46,568 nucleotides of DNA from an uncultured Bacteroides sp. (lineage in GTDB: Bacteria > Bacillota > Clostridia > Lachnospirales > Lachnospiraceae). Within the stretch, counting starts at the first letter, position 1; the number at the start of each line of letters is the position of its first letter. The stretch lies in assembly GCA_945865495.1 (NCBI GenBank), contig CAMBEF010000001.1, forward strand, positions 1 through 46,568. Direction: 5' to 3'. The position numbers and the translations under genes are program-made. Shown here piece by piece: positions 36,654 through 46,440 of this stretch. Below the pieces are notes generated by a model, which worked only from the letters and a program-made list of their open reading frames with translations, did not search any database and was not told the DNA's origin.

Positions 36654-37792
36654 AAGATGAGACAGCGATAAACAGCTACGAATTAACGCTGACACCAAAC
36701 TATGTATCAGATTGGAATTTTAACGATGCTCTCAGGGAGTTGATACAGAACGGCACTGACCAGGAGGTGCTGGATCCAGATAACAAATTTCAGATTGACT
36801 ACAACCCGAAGGAAAAAGTGCTCTGGCTCAAGAACAAGAAGTCCGTTCTTAAAATAAATACCTTGCTTTTAGGCCGAAGTAGCAAGGCCAACAATGAAGA
36901 CACGGTCGGACAGTTCGGAGAAGGATACAAAATTGCCGCACTGGTTCTGAACAGACTGGGAAAAACCTTCACAATTTACAACAATGAAAAAAATGAGGTC
37001 TGGGAATCCCGATTCAAAAATTCAGAGAAATGGCTGGAAAAAATCCTCTGTTTTTACGTCAGCAAACGAAAAACGGATGACCACGGCTTATGCATCGAAG
37101 TAGGCAATGTCACGCAGGGAGAATTTAATGATTTATACAAGGTATGGCTCCACTTGGACGATTGTGACTACAGCAAAGCGGAAACGAAGTATGGAGAAAT
37201 CATCTTGGACGAAGAATACGCCGGAGAAGTGTATGTCAATGGCTTGTTTGTGGATTGCAATAGTGATCTGAAATACGGTTACAATTTCAAGCCAAAATAC
37301 ATACGCCTGGAGCGCGATAGAAAGACTTGTGATACATGGAACGTTGAAGACACGACATCGCTCATGATCGCAGAGGCGATGGTAAAGGGAGATATCCCGA
37401 TGGAAAAGGTGCGAAAGATGGTCGAGGAAAGAGCTGACGATGTATACCATTTTGAATTCAACTCTTACAGGGACAACGTGAAAAAGGTTCAGGAAATGCT
37501 GATAGAATCCTTCGATGCACAGAATCCGGAACCATACTCCGTGCCGGTGGATTCGCAGGAGGACATAAGAAAAGTTAAGGCATACGGAGGAAACCCGGTA
37601 GTCGTTCCGGCGGGAGTGGCAAAACTGCTCAAGGAAGAAAAAGACAAGCGCATTAAAGCACTTGTAGAAATCCCACACGCTAACGTCATAACTTTAAAAG
37701 ATAAATTCAACCGCTGGTACGACATATATGCGGAAGACATCCGAGACGAGGCACGAATGGAGGTAAGAAATCTCATTGATGAATTGGAGTAG
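36650..37792 (+). CDS. GHKL (HATPase_c-like) ATPase domain protein
   Basis: ALRELIQNGTD (N box) and SSK...VGQFGEGYK (G-rich lid). Confidence 0.85.
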   Translation: MKDETAINSYELTLTPNYVSDWNFNDALRELIQNGTDQEVLDPDNKFQIDYNPKEKVLWLKNKKSVLKINTLLLGRSSKANNEDTVGQFGEGYKIAALVLNRLGKTFTIYNNEKNEVWESRFKNSEKWLEKILCFYVSKRKTDDHGLCIEVGNVTQGEFNDLYKVWLHLDDCDYSKAETKYGEIILDEEYAGEVYVNGLFVDCNSDLKYGYNFKPKYIRLERDRKTCDTWNVEDTTSLMIAEAMVKGDIPMEKVRKMVEERADDVYHFEFNSYRDNVKKVQEMLIESFDAQNPEPYSVPVDSQEDIRKVKAYGGNPVVVPAGVAKLLKEEKDKRIKALVEIPHANVITLKDKFNRWYDIYAEDIRDEARMEVRNLIDELE

Positions 37793-37797
37793 TTAAC

Positions 37798-37995
37798 ATG
37801 AATGACGGAATGAATAAAATTGTGATCTGCAAACAGTGTGGCCAACCGGAATATTGGGGAGAAATGAGATGGTTGTCAGGAAAGTGTACTTGCAGAAATT
37901 GTTACAAGGCAAACTGGCAAGATGAGAATCATTGCTTATATTCATGGGATGACTTAGACGGAAAACGGCCGACTCTGGAAGAAATGTACAGATAA
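37798..37995 (+). CDS. Small zinc-finger protein
   Basis: CKQC...CRNC. Confidence 0.65.
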   Translation: MNDGMNKIVICKQCGQPEYWGEMRWLSGKCTCRNCYKANWQDENHCLYSWDDLDGKRPTLEEMYR

Positions 37996-38027
37996 TGAAA
38001 CTTAAAAATAAGGAGGAAAATACAAAG

Positions 38028-38516
38028 ATGGAACAGACATTAGATGATAAGGTCAGGGAGTACAAGGAGCTCCTGGATAAAAAAGAAGACCTTGCTAAAC
38101 AGGTAAAAGAAAATAATGCAGCTAAGGAAAAATTGGAGCAGGAAATCTGCCAGATGATGATTGATGAGGAGAAGCCGAACACAGTAGTTGACGGATTCAG
38201 CTACAGCCTGTCTCAAAAAATCATGTATGCCAAAAAGTCAGAGGAAAAGCTTGCAGAAATCGAAGCCGCTACAGGAGTATCATTTTTTGACGCGCTGAGA
38301 GAGCAGGGGCTCGGAGATATTATAGTTGAGAAAGTTGACCCAAGAACATTGCAGAGCACTGTGGCCAACCTTGCAGCAGAGGCAGAGGACAACGGCGAGG
38401 AGCTTCCTGAGGAACTCACAGAGTATTTGTCAATCTATGAAAAATTATCAATATCAAAAAGAAAAGCAAACACCAAGGCGCTCGATAGAGCAAGAGCAAA
38501 TAAGGAGGAAATATAG
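38028..38516 (+). CDS. Coiled-coil early/replication-module protein
   Basis: AAGGAGG RBS before ATG 38028; F.ALR..G.GDII...V...TL motif often found next to phage SSB-like genes. Confidence 0.7.
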   Translation: MEQTLDDKVREYKELLDKKEDLAKQVKENNAAKEKLEQEICQMMIDEEKPNTVVDGFSYSLSQKIMYAKKSEEKLAEIEAATGVSFFDALREQGLGDIIVEKVDPRTLQSTVANLAAEAEDNGEELPEELTEYLSIYEKLSISKRKANTKALDRARANKEEI

Positions 38517-39032
38517 ATGGAATACGAGCAGATGGAGATGGACGTTCGCTTAGACAGCGAGCGAGATTTGAAGGAAAACATATCAACCGTAGTTAAGTTT
38601 CTGTACGATCAGAGAAATCGCGAAGTCAATGTCTCGAAGGTCAGAAACAAGCACGAGGGCTACGGCATAGCAGCGGAAGCATTTGCCAAGATAGCAGTAA
38701 AAGAGAAGATTGTTAAGACAACAATGAACATGTATCTAGGCGGTTTACAGGTGGACGGTGAGGATTGCGTTCAGACTGTGTCCTCACTTTACAACAGTGT
38801 TGTTGACATGGCATGTGATACTATCAGCATGGCAGCAGACCTGCACAGAATACTTAACGACATGTACTATGATGTAGATTCAAGGACACCACTTGAGAAA
38901 GCAATAGACGAAGCTAAGGCAAATAACGCATCGGATGATGATGGATTCGAGGAGGCGCCAATGGAAGAGGAGCCTGCAGATGAAGCTGAAGAGCTTGAGG
39001 ATGAAGAGGACGAAGAGGAGGATGAAGAATAA
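38517..39032 (+). CDS. Hypothetical protein with a highly acidic tail
   Basis: AAGGAGG RBS; N.HEGYG motif; D/E-rich C-terminus. Confidence 0.75.
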   Translation: MEYEQMEMDVRLDSERDLKENISTVVKFLYDQRNREVNVSKVRNKHEGYGIAAEAFAKIAVKEKIVKTTMNMYLGGLQVDGEDCVQTVSSLYNSVVDMACDTISMAADLHRILNDMYYDVDSRTPLEKAIDEAKANNASDDDGFEEAPMEEEPADEAEELEDEEDEEEDEE

Positions 39033-39280
39033 TGGGAGTTCAGATTGAGAAGAAGGAAATTATTACAGTGAGAGACGACTGTGGCCAGGTTGTAAGCCCG
39101 GGAGACTTCCTGATGATGAGAGTCGGGAAGGAAGATGTTGTATGTCGTTTCAAGGGCATCGAGGCGGGATATTTTAAGACGCAGCATCTGTATGACGATG
39201 AAACCGTCAAATACAGAAACGCATCTATAGAGTCAATATATCACATTGATATTACCACTATTAATGCTAAGGAGGATTAG
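39032..39280 (+). CDS. Hypothetical protein
   Basis: TAATG coupling to the upstream gene. Confidence 0.65.
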   Translation: MGVQIEKKEIITVRDDCGQVVSPGDFLMMRVGKEDVVCRFKGIEAGYFKTQHLYDDETVKYRNASIESIYHIDITTINAKED

Positions 39281-39285
39281 GAGAT

Positions 39286-40086
39286 ATGGGAAAAAATGAA
39301 GTAGCAGTAACAGAAGATAAGAAATTTAACCTGGTAACTATGGCAGAGTCAGGACTCAGCGAGGCCATAGCAGAAGAGATGGACGGTCTTGGCTCGATAC
39401 CTTATGACAAGGTAAAGATACCATCGGGCGGAGGTCTTGCATTTGAAATACCGGGAGAGACAGAGGATGACCCACAGACAGCTACAGAGCTTGTCGGTGT
39501 GATCTTATTCCACCATCCACTCAACGGTTACTGGGAAGAAGAGTTTAACGGAAGCAATGACAAGCCAAACTGCAGCAGTCTTGATGGCAAGACCGGAGTT
39601 ATATCAGAGACCGGCGAGATCAGAGACTGTGCCAACTGTGAATTTAACAAATTCGGCACAGCGAAAAACGGTTCCGGAAAAGCATGTAAGAACATGCACC
39701 GCATCTACTTTTTACAGGAGGACAACCCTGTGCCGCTCATCGTTACTCTTCCGCCGACATCAATCAAGTCACTCAGAGATTACATCAGTAAGCGCATTCT
39801 TTTGAGAGGCATGAGATGTTACAGTGCAGTAACTAAGATTACCCTGAAAAAGGACAAGAATGCGGCAGGAATAGCATACAGCAAGGCAGTGTTCACGTTC
39901 GTAAAGAAGCTTGATGCAGACCAGGTAAGCGCGGCTGAGGGAATGGCAAAAGAAATGAAGAAGATACAGACATTCGTAGACATTGACGATTCGGACTACG
40001 ATGCACCTGAAGAACCAAAAACCGACAACGATGGATTCATGGCTGTGCCTGATAATGCTATTGAGGAGGAGTTACCATTTAATTAA
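39286..40086 (+). CDS. Probable single-stranded DNA-binding/recombination protein
   Basis: KIPSGG...CSSLDG...CANC.FN.FG...GKACKN...LPPTS; acidic tail ending EEELPFN; directly upstream of the primase. Confidence 0.65.
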   Translation: MGKNEVAVTEDKKFNLVTMAESGLSEAIAEEMDGLGSIPYDKVKIPSGGGLAFEIPGETEDDPQTATELVGVILFHHPLNGYWEEEFNGSNDKPNCSSLDGKTGVISETGEIRDCANCEFNKFGTAKNGSGKACKNMHRIYFLQEDNPVPLIVTLPPTSIKSLRDYISKRILLRGMRCYSAVTKITLKKDKNAAGIAYSKAVFTFVKKLDADQVSAAEGMAKEMKKIQTFVDIDDSDYDAPEEPKTDNDGFMAVPDNAIEEELPFN

Positions 40087-40139
40087 AGGGGATAGGGGCG
40101 CAAGCCCCCCCCGATCAGTAGCGGATTGGAGGGCGCGAT

Positions 40140-42866
40140 ATGAATGCAGAACAACTAAACATAGATGATTTCGTTGATTATGCAGCAGAATATAAAAGCA
40201 TCATAAAAAACGCCAACATCGCAGGCGATAAGCTCACAGGCCTGTGTCCATTTCACGATGACCGCTCTAATTCATTCTCGGTAGATTTAAAAACAGGCAT
40301 GTGGCATTGTTTTGCCGAGGATGAGGGCGGTAATTTTATCACATTTTATAGCAAATACTATGGGCTGAACACAAAGGACGCATACAAGGAAATATTGAAC
40401 AAATACGGCCGGCTTGACAATCAGCCACAGCCCAAGCCAGAAAAACCAAAGCTGCAGCCATTTACCCTGCAGGAGTATTCATTTGCCAAGAAGCTTCCTG
40501 AGGACTTTTTGAAAGAGGTCTGCAGAGTATCAACCGGCAAGGATCGAGACGGCACAAAATGGCTTAAAATGCCATATTTCAAAGAGAACGGCGAAGCGGA
40601 GATATTCAGAAAGCGTTATGGTAACAAGGAATTTAGATGGAGCTACGGAAGCAGCGGAAAGCTGTGCCTGTATGGAGAATGGCGCCTGCCGGAAATCAGG
40701 CAGAATGGCTATTGCATTCTCGTTGAGGGCGAGAGCGATACACAGACATTGTGGTACCTGCAGTTCGCAGCGCTTGGAACGCCGGGAGCCGTCAACTTCA
40801 AGGATAAGATGGTGCCACAGCTTGAAGGACTTAAGCTATATATACACGAGGAGCCAGACAAGGGCGGTAAGACTTTTTTTGAAAAGGTGTGCCGGATTTT
40901 AAGTGAAAAGGATTTTTCAGGAGAGGTTTATTCCTTCACCTGCAAGCAGTTCGGAGTCAAGGATCCGTCAGAACTTTACATGGCGCACGGCGCCGAGATT
41001 GCCACCAAGGAAATTAAGCAGGCTCTGCAGAATGCCAAGAGAATTGACCTTGACGCCATCAATGACATTATTCCTGAGGCAGCCAAGGGAGCTCCGGTCA
41101 ATCTAAGACAGCCGGAAGGCTGGATATATTCAGACAAGGGCATAAGTCACATCAATGAGAAGACAATGATACCGTCACTTGTCTGCAGAACACCGATTAT
41201 TTTGACACAGCGACTTAAGAGCATGGAGAGTGGCGAGGAAAAAATTGAAATAGCATTCAAGAGGGACAATGAATGGCACAAAGCTATTTTCCCACGTTCA
41301 ACGATATTCACGAGCCGAAGCATCACAGCGCTCGCAGATCTTGGATGCACAGTAACAAGCGAAAATGCCAAGCAAGTCGTAAGATTTCTCGAAGCTCTTG
41401 AGGCCGAGAATATTGATGTAATAAGCAAAGCTGATTCAGCATCGACATTCGGCTGGCAGAGCGGAGGACGATTCCTGCCCGGTCATGGCGACGATATTGT
41501 ACTTGACATCGAACCATCACTTAAAGGATGGGCGGCGGCATATCATGCCAACGGCACATTTGAAGCATGGAAAGACACGATGAGACCGCATCGCGAGCGT
41601 GATAAGTTCAGATTTATTTTAGCGGCAAGCTTTGCGGCGCCGTTACTTAGAATTTTGTCACAGCGAATATTTTTTGTATATAACTGGGGCGGTTCCAAAG
41701 GCGGAAAGACCGCAGCACTCAAGGCTGCACTGTCAGCTTGGGGAGACCCGGAACGACTCATGGTAAATTTCAACGCCACTCAGGTGGCACTTGAGCGCAT
41801 GGCAGGGTTTTACAATGACCTGCCGATGGGAATTGATGAACGACAGCTCGCAGGTCAGAAGCAGGAAAGCCTTGAGAAAATAGTATACATGATAGCATCA
41901 GGTACAGGCAGAGCCAGAGGAAGCAAGGGTGGCGGACTGCAGACCCTCAACACATGGCGAACTGTGGCGCTTGCAACAGGCGAAGAGCCATTATCGACAG
42001 AGACTTCACAGACCGGTGTATCTACACGAGTCTTGGAGATATACGGTGGACCATTTGACAACGAAAAAGATGCCAGCCTGATGCACCAGCAGGCACCGCT
42101 TAACTGTGGATGGGCGGGTCCGGAGTTCATCAATCAGATAATGAGAACTGATGAGCGCAGTATCAAAGAAGAATATGACCGCATGGTTGAGCAGGTATAT
42201 GCGCTTGCGAACGGTACCAGCGGAAGTCATATAGCCGGCATAAGCGCAGTAGCACTTGCAGATGCCATGATAGATACTTGGATTTTTAGAGACCATCCTG
42301 AGCCGGAGACTGGCACAAAAGCACCGCTTATCATCAACAAGGAATCATGGGACCGGGCTGTGTCTATGGCTCAGGCAATTATCAGGGAGCAGTTGGCAGC
42401 AGGTGTGTCAGATGTTAACGAGAATGCAACACAGTACATAGTAGACTGGGTATTATCCAACAAGCAGTATTTTGGCGAGAAGGCTATAGGAACATGCCTC
42501 GGATCCATCAGCAATGACCAGAACAAAGTATATATTTTTCCGTCGATTCTGAATAATGCGCTGTCTAAAGCCGGATATAGCCCGAGAAAAACCATGAAAT
42601 ATTTAGCTGATAATAACATAATAGCATCGTCCGCTAAAGCTAACGGAGGCAAAGAATACTGTGTTAGGAAATGGTTTAATAACAGGACGAGCCGATTTGT
42701 TGAGTTTGATTTAAGCCGATTTTCAAAACCGGTAGATCCGCTTGATGAAGAGGTAGCAGCGCTTGCAAGAGATTCAGTAGCACAATCTGACGAGAATGGA
42801 TTTGTTTCAGCAAATAACACGCCATTCGATGACGCCGGCGATCAACTACCATTACCATTCACTTAA
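40140..42866 (+). CDS. Primase-helicase: CHC2 Zn finger, TOPRIM, DUF927/Cch-like helicase
   Basis: CPFHDD...WHCF; LVEGESD...EEPDKGG; GGSKGGKT Walker A; IDE; G.GR.RG; ATGEE. Confidence 0.92.
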   Translation: MNAEQLNIDDFVDYAAEYKSIIKNANIAGDKLTGLCPFHDDRSNSFSVDLKTGMWHCFAEDEGGNFITFYSKYYGLNTKDAYKEILNKYGRLDNQPQPKPEKPKLQPFTLQEYSFAKKLPEDFLKEVCRVSTGKDRDGTKWLKMPYFKENGEAEIFRKRYGNKEFRWSYGSSGKLCLYGEWRLPEIRQNGYCILVEGESDTQTLWYLQFAALGTPGAVNFKDKMVPQLEGLKLYIHEEPDKGGKTFFEKVCRILSEKDFSGEVYSFTCKQFGVKDPSELYMAHGAEIATKEIKQALQNAKRIDLDAINDIIPEAAKGAPVNLRQPEGWIYSDKGISHINEKTMIPSLVCRTPIILTQRLKSMESGEEKIEIAFKRDNEWHKAIFPRSTIFTSRSITALADLGCTVTSENAKQVVRFLEALEAENIDVISKADSASTFGWQSGGRFLPGHGDDIVLDIEPSLKGWAAAYHANGTFEAWKDTMRPHRERDKFRFILAASFAAPLLRILSQRIFFVYNWGGSKGGKTAALKAALSAWGDPERLMVNFNATQVALERMAGFYNDLPMGIDERQLAGQKQESLEKIVYMIASGTGRARGSKGGGLQTLNTWRTVALATGEEPLSTETSQTGVSTRVLEIYGGPFDNEKDASLMHQQAPLNCGWAGPEFINQIMRTDERSIKEEYDRMVEQVYALANGTSGSHIAGISAVALADAMIDTWIFRDHPEPETGTKAPLIINKESWDRAVSMAQAIIREQLAAGVSDVNENATQYIVDWVLSNKQYFGEKAIGTCLGSISNDQNKVYIFPSILNNALSKAGYSPRKTMKYLADNNIIASSAKANGGKEYCVRKWFNNRTSRFVEFDLSRFSKPVDPLDEEVAALARDSVAQSDENGFVSANNTPFDDAGDQLPLPFT

Positions 42867-42893
42867 AATAACAGGGGTTTTGTCTAAAATTTT

Positions 42894-43192
42894 CCTTACG
42901 CCTTAAAATTAGGCGTAAGGTTAGGCGTAAGGTTAGGCGTAAGGCGAAAAATTCTTGATTTTAGGGCATTTAGAACGCCTATTATATATATTCTTACGAC
43001 ATTACGCCTATTATATAGGCTATATAGCAAGCGACATGTGCACCACTTTTTAGTGCACATATAAAAAGTTTTGGTATGTTTGCAAAAATTAGGCGTAAGG
43101 CGTAAGGAATGTACGCGAGCCCTTGAATTTACTTGGTTTATTACATTCCGCCTAAATGGATAGCAAAGGCGTAAGGAATTTAAGGCGTAAGG
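42894..43192. repeat. Iteron cluster, putative replication origin
   Basis: GGCGTAAGG seven times forward (42912, 42924, 42936, 43092, 43099, 43168, 43184) and once inverted (42894), plus degenerate copies around an AT-rich core. Confidence 0.85.
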
Positions 43193-43204
43193 AGGTCGAA
43201 TAGT

Positions 43205-43594
43205 ATGAAAAAACCGGATGAAGCCTTAAAACAAGCGGAGTTGACGCTTGAGAAATACAGGAAAAACAAAACACAGATACCGCCGGAAGATTTGGCAGGC
43301 AAATATCGCGTAGCATTTCAGAAACTAAAAGATGAGCTCGCGAGTGACTTAAAAGAGTACGTCAAGGCATATTGTTTCATCGGAATCAAGGTCAATGATG
43401 CATCTGATCCGATTGTGGCCAAAATTCAGAAATCTTTTGATGATAACCAGATCGGAAAGAGAATTGGTCATGCAGCATTTATTAATTTTGACATTGAAGA
43501 GGTCAAAGAAATCGCAAGGCAGCAGTACAGAGAAAATCTCAGAATATACAAGGAGGAAAAGAACGATGGTTGTAAAACAGATACCGCAGGATGA
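43205..43594 (+). CDS. Hypothetical protein
   Basis: AAGGAGG RBS overlapping the last iteron. Confidence 0.7.
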   Translation: MKKPDEALKQAELTLEKYRKNKTQIPPEDLAGKYRVAFQKLKDELASDLKEYVKAYCFIGIKVNDASDPIVAKIQKSFDDNQIGKRIGHAAFINFDIEEVKEIARQQYRENLRIYKEEKNDGCKTDTAG

Positions 43595-44072
43595 AGCACT
43601 AAGGCTTTTTTTAAAGGGAACTGATATCATGATAATGACCCCGGGCACAAGGGACAGTGGATGGAGTGAGATGACTCCGGACACATTGAGCTGTCTCTTA
43701 GAGGGCGTGATGTTTTTCAGAAGGGAGCCGGCAATGGAAACCGGCTTGGATATAAAGACGGATAGAACCTTGAGCGATATACCATCATTTAATCCAAGCC
43801 AAGCTCCAGATAGCACAGGGATTGATTCAGATAATGAGGCTGAGAAAGAGGCTGACAATTCTGATGATAAGGGGACGGAAGCTTCGGAGCATGATAACGA
43901 GAAAGACGCAAAACATAAAAAGAGAGTACAGGTTGACACCGGGAAGCTCATGGCACTAAGGAAAGCCGGATGGTCTGTGCCTAAGATAGCAGATGAATTA
44001 GGCATCGGAAAAAACACCGTTTACAATTATGTCATGAAAATGCAGAAGGGAGCTGCCAATGAGAACAATTAA
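43566..44072 (+). CDS. Protein with a C-terminal HTH
   Basis: DTGKLMALRKAGWSVPKIADELGIGKNTVYNY; start at ATG 43566 behind AAGGAGG. Confidence 0.8.
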   Translation: MVVKQIPQDEALRLFLKGTDIMIMTPGTRDSGWSEMTPDTLSCLLEGVMFFRREPAMETGLDIKTDRTLSDIPSFNPSQAPDSTGIDSDNEAEKEADNSDDKGTEASEHDNEKDAKHKKRVQVDTGKLMALRKAGWSVPKIADELGIGKNTVYNYVMKMQKGAANENN

Positions 44073-44532
44073 ATGCAGAGGCTGGGAGCCGGAACGTAAA
44101 ACATGGATATATGGATCATATTTTGAACATTGCAATTGTGCAGTATGTTTTTCAAGCGATGATCTCCCAGAATATCACGAACACGTAATATTGTTTGATC
44201 AAATGACCGACTGGAGCCTTCCGAACCGCGTATTGCTTGCAGCAGTTGTGCCCGAGTCTGTTGGAGAGTATGCCGGATGTACACTTGACGGCAAGGAAGT
44301 ATATGAAGGCGATATACTTCGTCTGACAGCGCATGAAGGAATTGTAAAGTTTGGCCCATATAATGGAGGACTCGTATCGTATGACATGGGTTTTTATGTT
44401 GATTGGCAGGGAAAGGCCAAGGAGTGCTACAGGCAAGACTTAGGCTTTTGGATTAATCATAAAGATATCAAAATCGCAGGTAACATTTTTGAAAGGGGAT
44501 TGAGCGATGAGAACAAGAGAACCGATAAGTAA
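44059..44532 (+). CDS. YopX-family protein
   Basis: IKCRG...WIYG...PESVGEY...GKEVYEGDIL...IAGNIFE. Confidence 0.85.
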   Translation: MRTIKCRGWEPERKTWIYGSYFEHCNCAVCFSSDDLPEYHEHVILFDQMTDWSLPNRVLLAAVVPESVGEYAGCTLDGKEVYEGDILRLTAHEGIVKFGPYNGGLVSYDMGFYVDWQGKAKECYRQDLGFWINHKDIKIAGNIFERGLSDENKRTDK

Positions 44533-44737
44533 TACTGAGTATGCAGAATGCCAGAAATGTGTCCGGGAATGGGCTTTCAAAAAGATGATGAAGCTTGAAA
44601 AAAAACTAAAACGATATGCAAAAATATACTTTGGCCAGGATATGTTAATCATCTACAAGAATCCGGAAGCCTTTAAGGAAGCGATTAAGAGCGGAAAGGT
44701 GAGTGTTGAAATCAATGAAAAAGCTAGACCGCTTTGA
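44507..44737 (+). CDS. Hypothetical protein
   Basis: Overlaps neighbours in the operon. Confidence 0.55.
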   Translation: MRTREPISNTEYAECQKCVREWAFKKMMKLEKKLKRYAKIYFGQDMLIIYKNPEAFKEAIKSGKVSVEINEKARPL

Positions 44738-45152
44738 TAGCAGAGCCGAGGCGCTTAATTACATCCGCGAAAATGTGATAGGCATAAGAACGCCGGGCGA
44801 TGCAGAACGCTATCTGATAGACCACATTCCCAAGGAGAGCTATTATCAGAAGAAAATCTTAGATTACATCAAGGCTAATTATCCCAGAGCTATTGCATGG
44901 AAGGAAGCAGCAGGGTGTTACAGCAGGCAGGGCATACCAGATGTGTCCGCCTGTATCAATGGCAGATATTTTGGCTTCGAGGTCAAGAGACCGTATTTCG
45001 GGAAGTTGTCAGCGATGCAGAAGCAGACCATTGAACGCATCAGAAAAGCCGGTGGAATAGCCGGGGTGTGCATATTCCCAGAGGATGCAGAAGAATTAAT
45101 ACAGGAGGGCTTGTATGATGATAAACAGGAAACAAAGAAGGGCAGAGGCTAA
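44715..45152 (+). CDS. VRR-NUC domain nuclease
   Basis: ESYYQKKI...GIPD...FEVKRP...LS..Q...I...GG.A. Confidence 0.9.
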   Translation: MKKLDRFDSRAEALNYIRENVIGIRTPGDAERYLIDHIPKESYYQKKILDYIKANYPRAIAWKEAAGCYSRQGIPDVSACINGRYFGFEVKRPYFGKLSAMQKQTIERIRKAGGIAGVCIFPEDAEELIQEGLYDDKQETKKGRG

Positions 45153-45399
45153 AGGGCGTGGCGTTGTGGTATACAGGCCACCAGCACCCAAGCCGCAGGA
45201 AGTTATAAGCGAGACAGTACCGGATTTTTCAAGAGTGCCACTTGCGACCATGTGTCAGAGCATACAGATGCTTATTAACGAATTGCACCGCAGGGGTGTC
45301 AAGATTTACGATTTTGATAATAAGACCAAACATGTACAGCAAATTCAGATTATAGGCAGGCGTGTATATTTTTTGGCGGAGGAAGATGATGAAAAATAA
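45115..45399 (+). CDS. Hypothetical protein
   Basis: NRKQRRA N-terminus; GGAGG RBS. Confidence 0.7.
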   Translation: MMINRKQRRAEAKGRGVVVYRPPAPKPQEVISETVPDFSRVPLATMCQSIQMLINELHRRGVKIYDFDNKTKHVQQIQIIGRRVYFLAEEDDEK

Positions 45400-45901
45400 T
45401 AATGTCAAGAAAAGACTATCGAGCGATGCGGTCATACTTGATAGATACCTGAGTACATATAATCGTTGCAAGAACCGCAAGAAAGCGCTTGAGGACCGCA
45501 GGCAGTCACTGCTCGCAGAATTTGAAAGCCCGCTTAAATTCAAGGGCATGAATGGGATGCCAAAGGGCGGTGGCACGAGTGTTGGGTGCGCTGCACTGTC
45601 GTATGAGCTTGATGATATCAATACCAGGATCGATGAGAAAATCAAAGAGCTTGAAAGAACATATGTCGAGATCAATAATACGATAGATTTTTTAGCGGAT
45701 AATTCCACAGAGCGAGCAATTCTCGAGTACAAATACATCGACAGCATGAGCTGGAACACCATCTGCGAAAAAGAAAATCTTACAAGAACCCCGGCCACGC
45801 AGTACTGGCGCAAAGGACTTTATGAGCTTTTAGAGTATGCCAAAGTTCAACAAATTGTTAAAGATTACGCCAAAAAGATTGACTGCGAGATGGAAGGCTA
45901 A
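45386..45901 (+). CDS. RinA/ArpU-like late transcriptional activator (sigma-region-4-like HTH)
   Basis: GMPKGGG...ERAILEYKYID.MSW..I......R HTH; near the end of the early operon, before the late promoter repeat. Confidence 0.8.
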   Translation: MMKNNNVKKRLSSDAVILDRYLSTYNRCKNRKKALEDRRQSLLAEFESPLKFKGMNGMPKGGGTSVGCAALSYELDDINTRIDEKIKELERTYVEINNTIDFLADNSTERAILEYKYIDSMSWNTICEKENLTRTPATQYWRKGLYELLEYAKVQQIVKDYAKKIDCEMEG

Positions 45902-45942
45902 TATAATTTTTTTAAACAACTAAAGCAAAGGAGACAACTATT

Positions 45943-46344
45943 ATGATGAGCGAAAATTTTATGGAGATATGCGGAGAGCACGAGCAGCAGCAACAGATGT
46001 TTCACCTGGTTCAGATGTTATCGGAGGCGGGCTACCCATTCTATTTTAATTTTTTAGAAGACCTGGCCCCGGATCCGTTCAGACAGGACGGCGGAGATCC
46101 TGAGACCGACATCAACTGGGATGAATATAATTTTTTTGTTGAGCTTGAGAGAGGAGCCGGAGCAGAGTACCCACTTTTAAGCGTGAGCATTGATGATGAT
46201 GGACTTCTTAACCTTGTTGATATGACGGCAACGGCTGAAAAAAATCTTACAGGAGACGCTGCAGAAGATGCAGCCATCTGGCATAAGGGAATAACCTCAG
46301 AAGAGGCAATGGATTTCATAGAAAAATTTTTTAACGAAAGATAG
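45943..46344 (+). CDS. Acidic hypothetical protein
   Basis: AAGGAG RBS; about 30 D/E versus 6 K/R in 133 aa. Confidence 0.75.
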   Translation: MMSENFMEICGEHEQQQQMFHLVQMLSEAGYPFYFNFLEDLAPDPFRQDGGDPETDINWDEYNFFVELERGAGAEYPLLSVSIDDDGLLNLVDMTATAEKNLTGDAAEDAAIWHKGITSEEAMDFIEKFFNER

Positions 46345-46377
46345 CACAAAAGAGCACACGCGCGTGTGATATTATAA
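46337..46377 (+). promoter_or_regulatory. Putative late promoter / late-activator binding site, copy 2
   Basis: Repeat of 107-145, followed by a TATAAT hexamer. Confidence 0.65.
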
Positions 46378-46440
46378 TATCAACCGTTAGGCGCGGGGAT
46401 CAGACATTTTTTGTACTCCTAAATTAAAATTTTTTAACAG

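Noticed and set aside
42894-43192. Repeat cluster as a CRISPR array
   Set aside because: The repeats are only 9-12 bp, irregularly spaced and in both orientations, with no spacers or cas genes.
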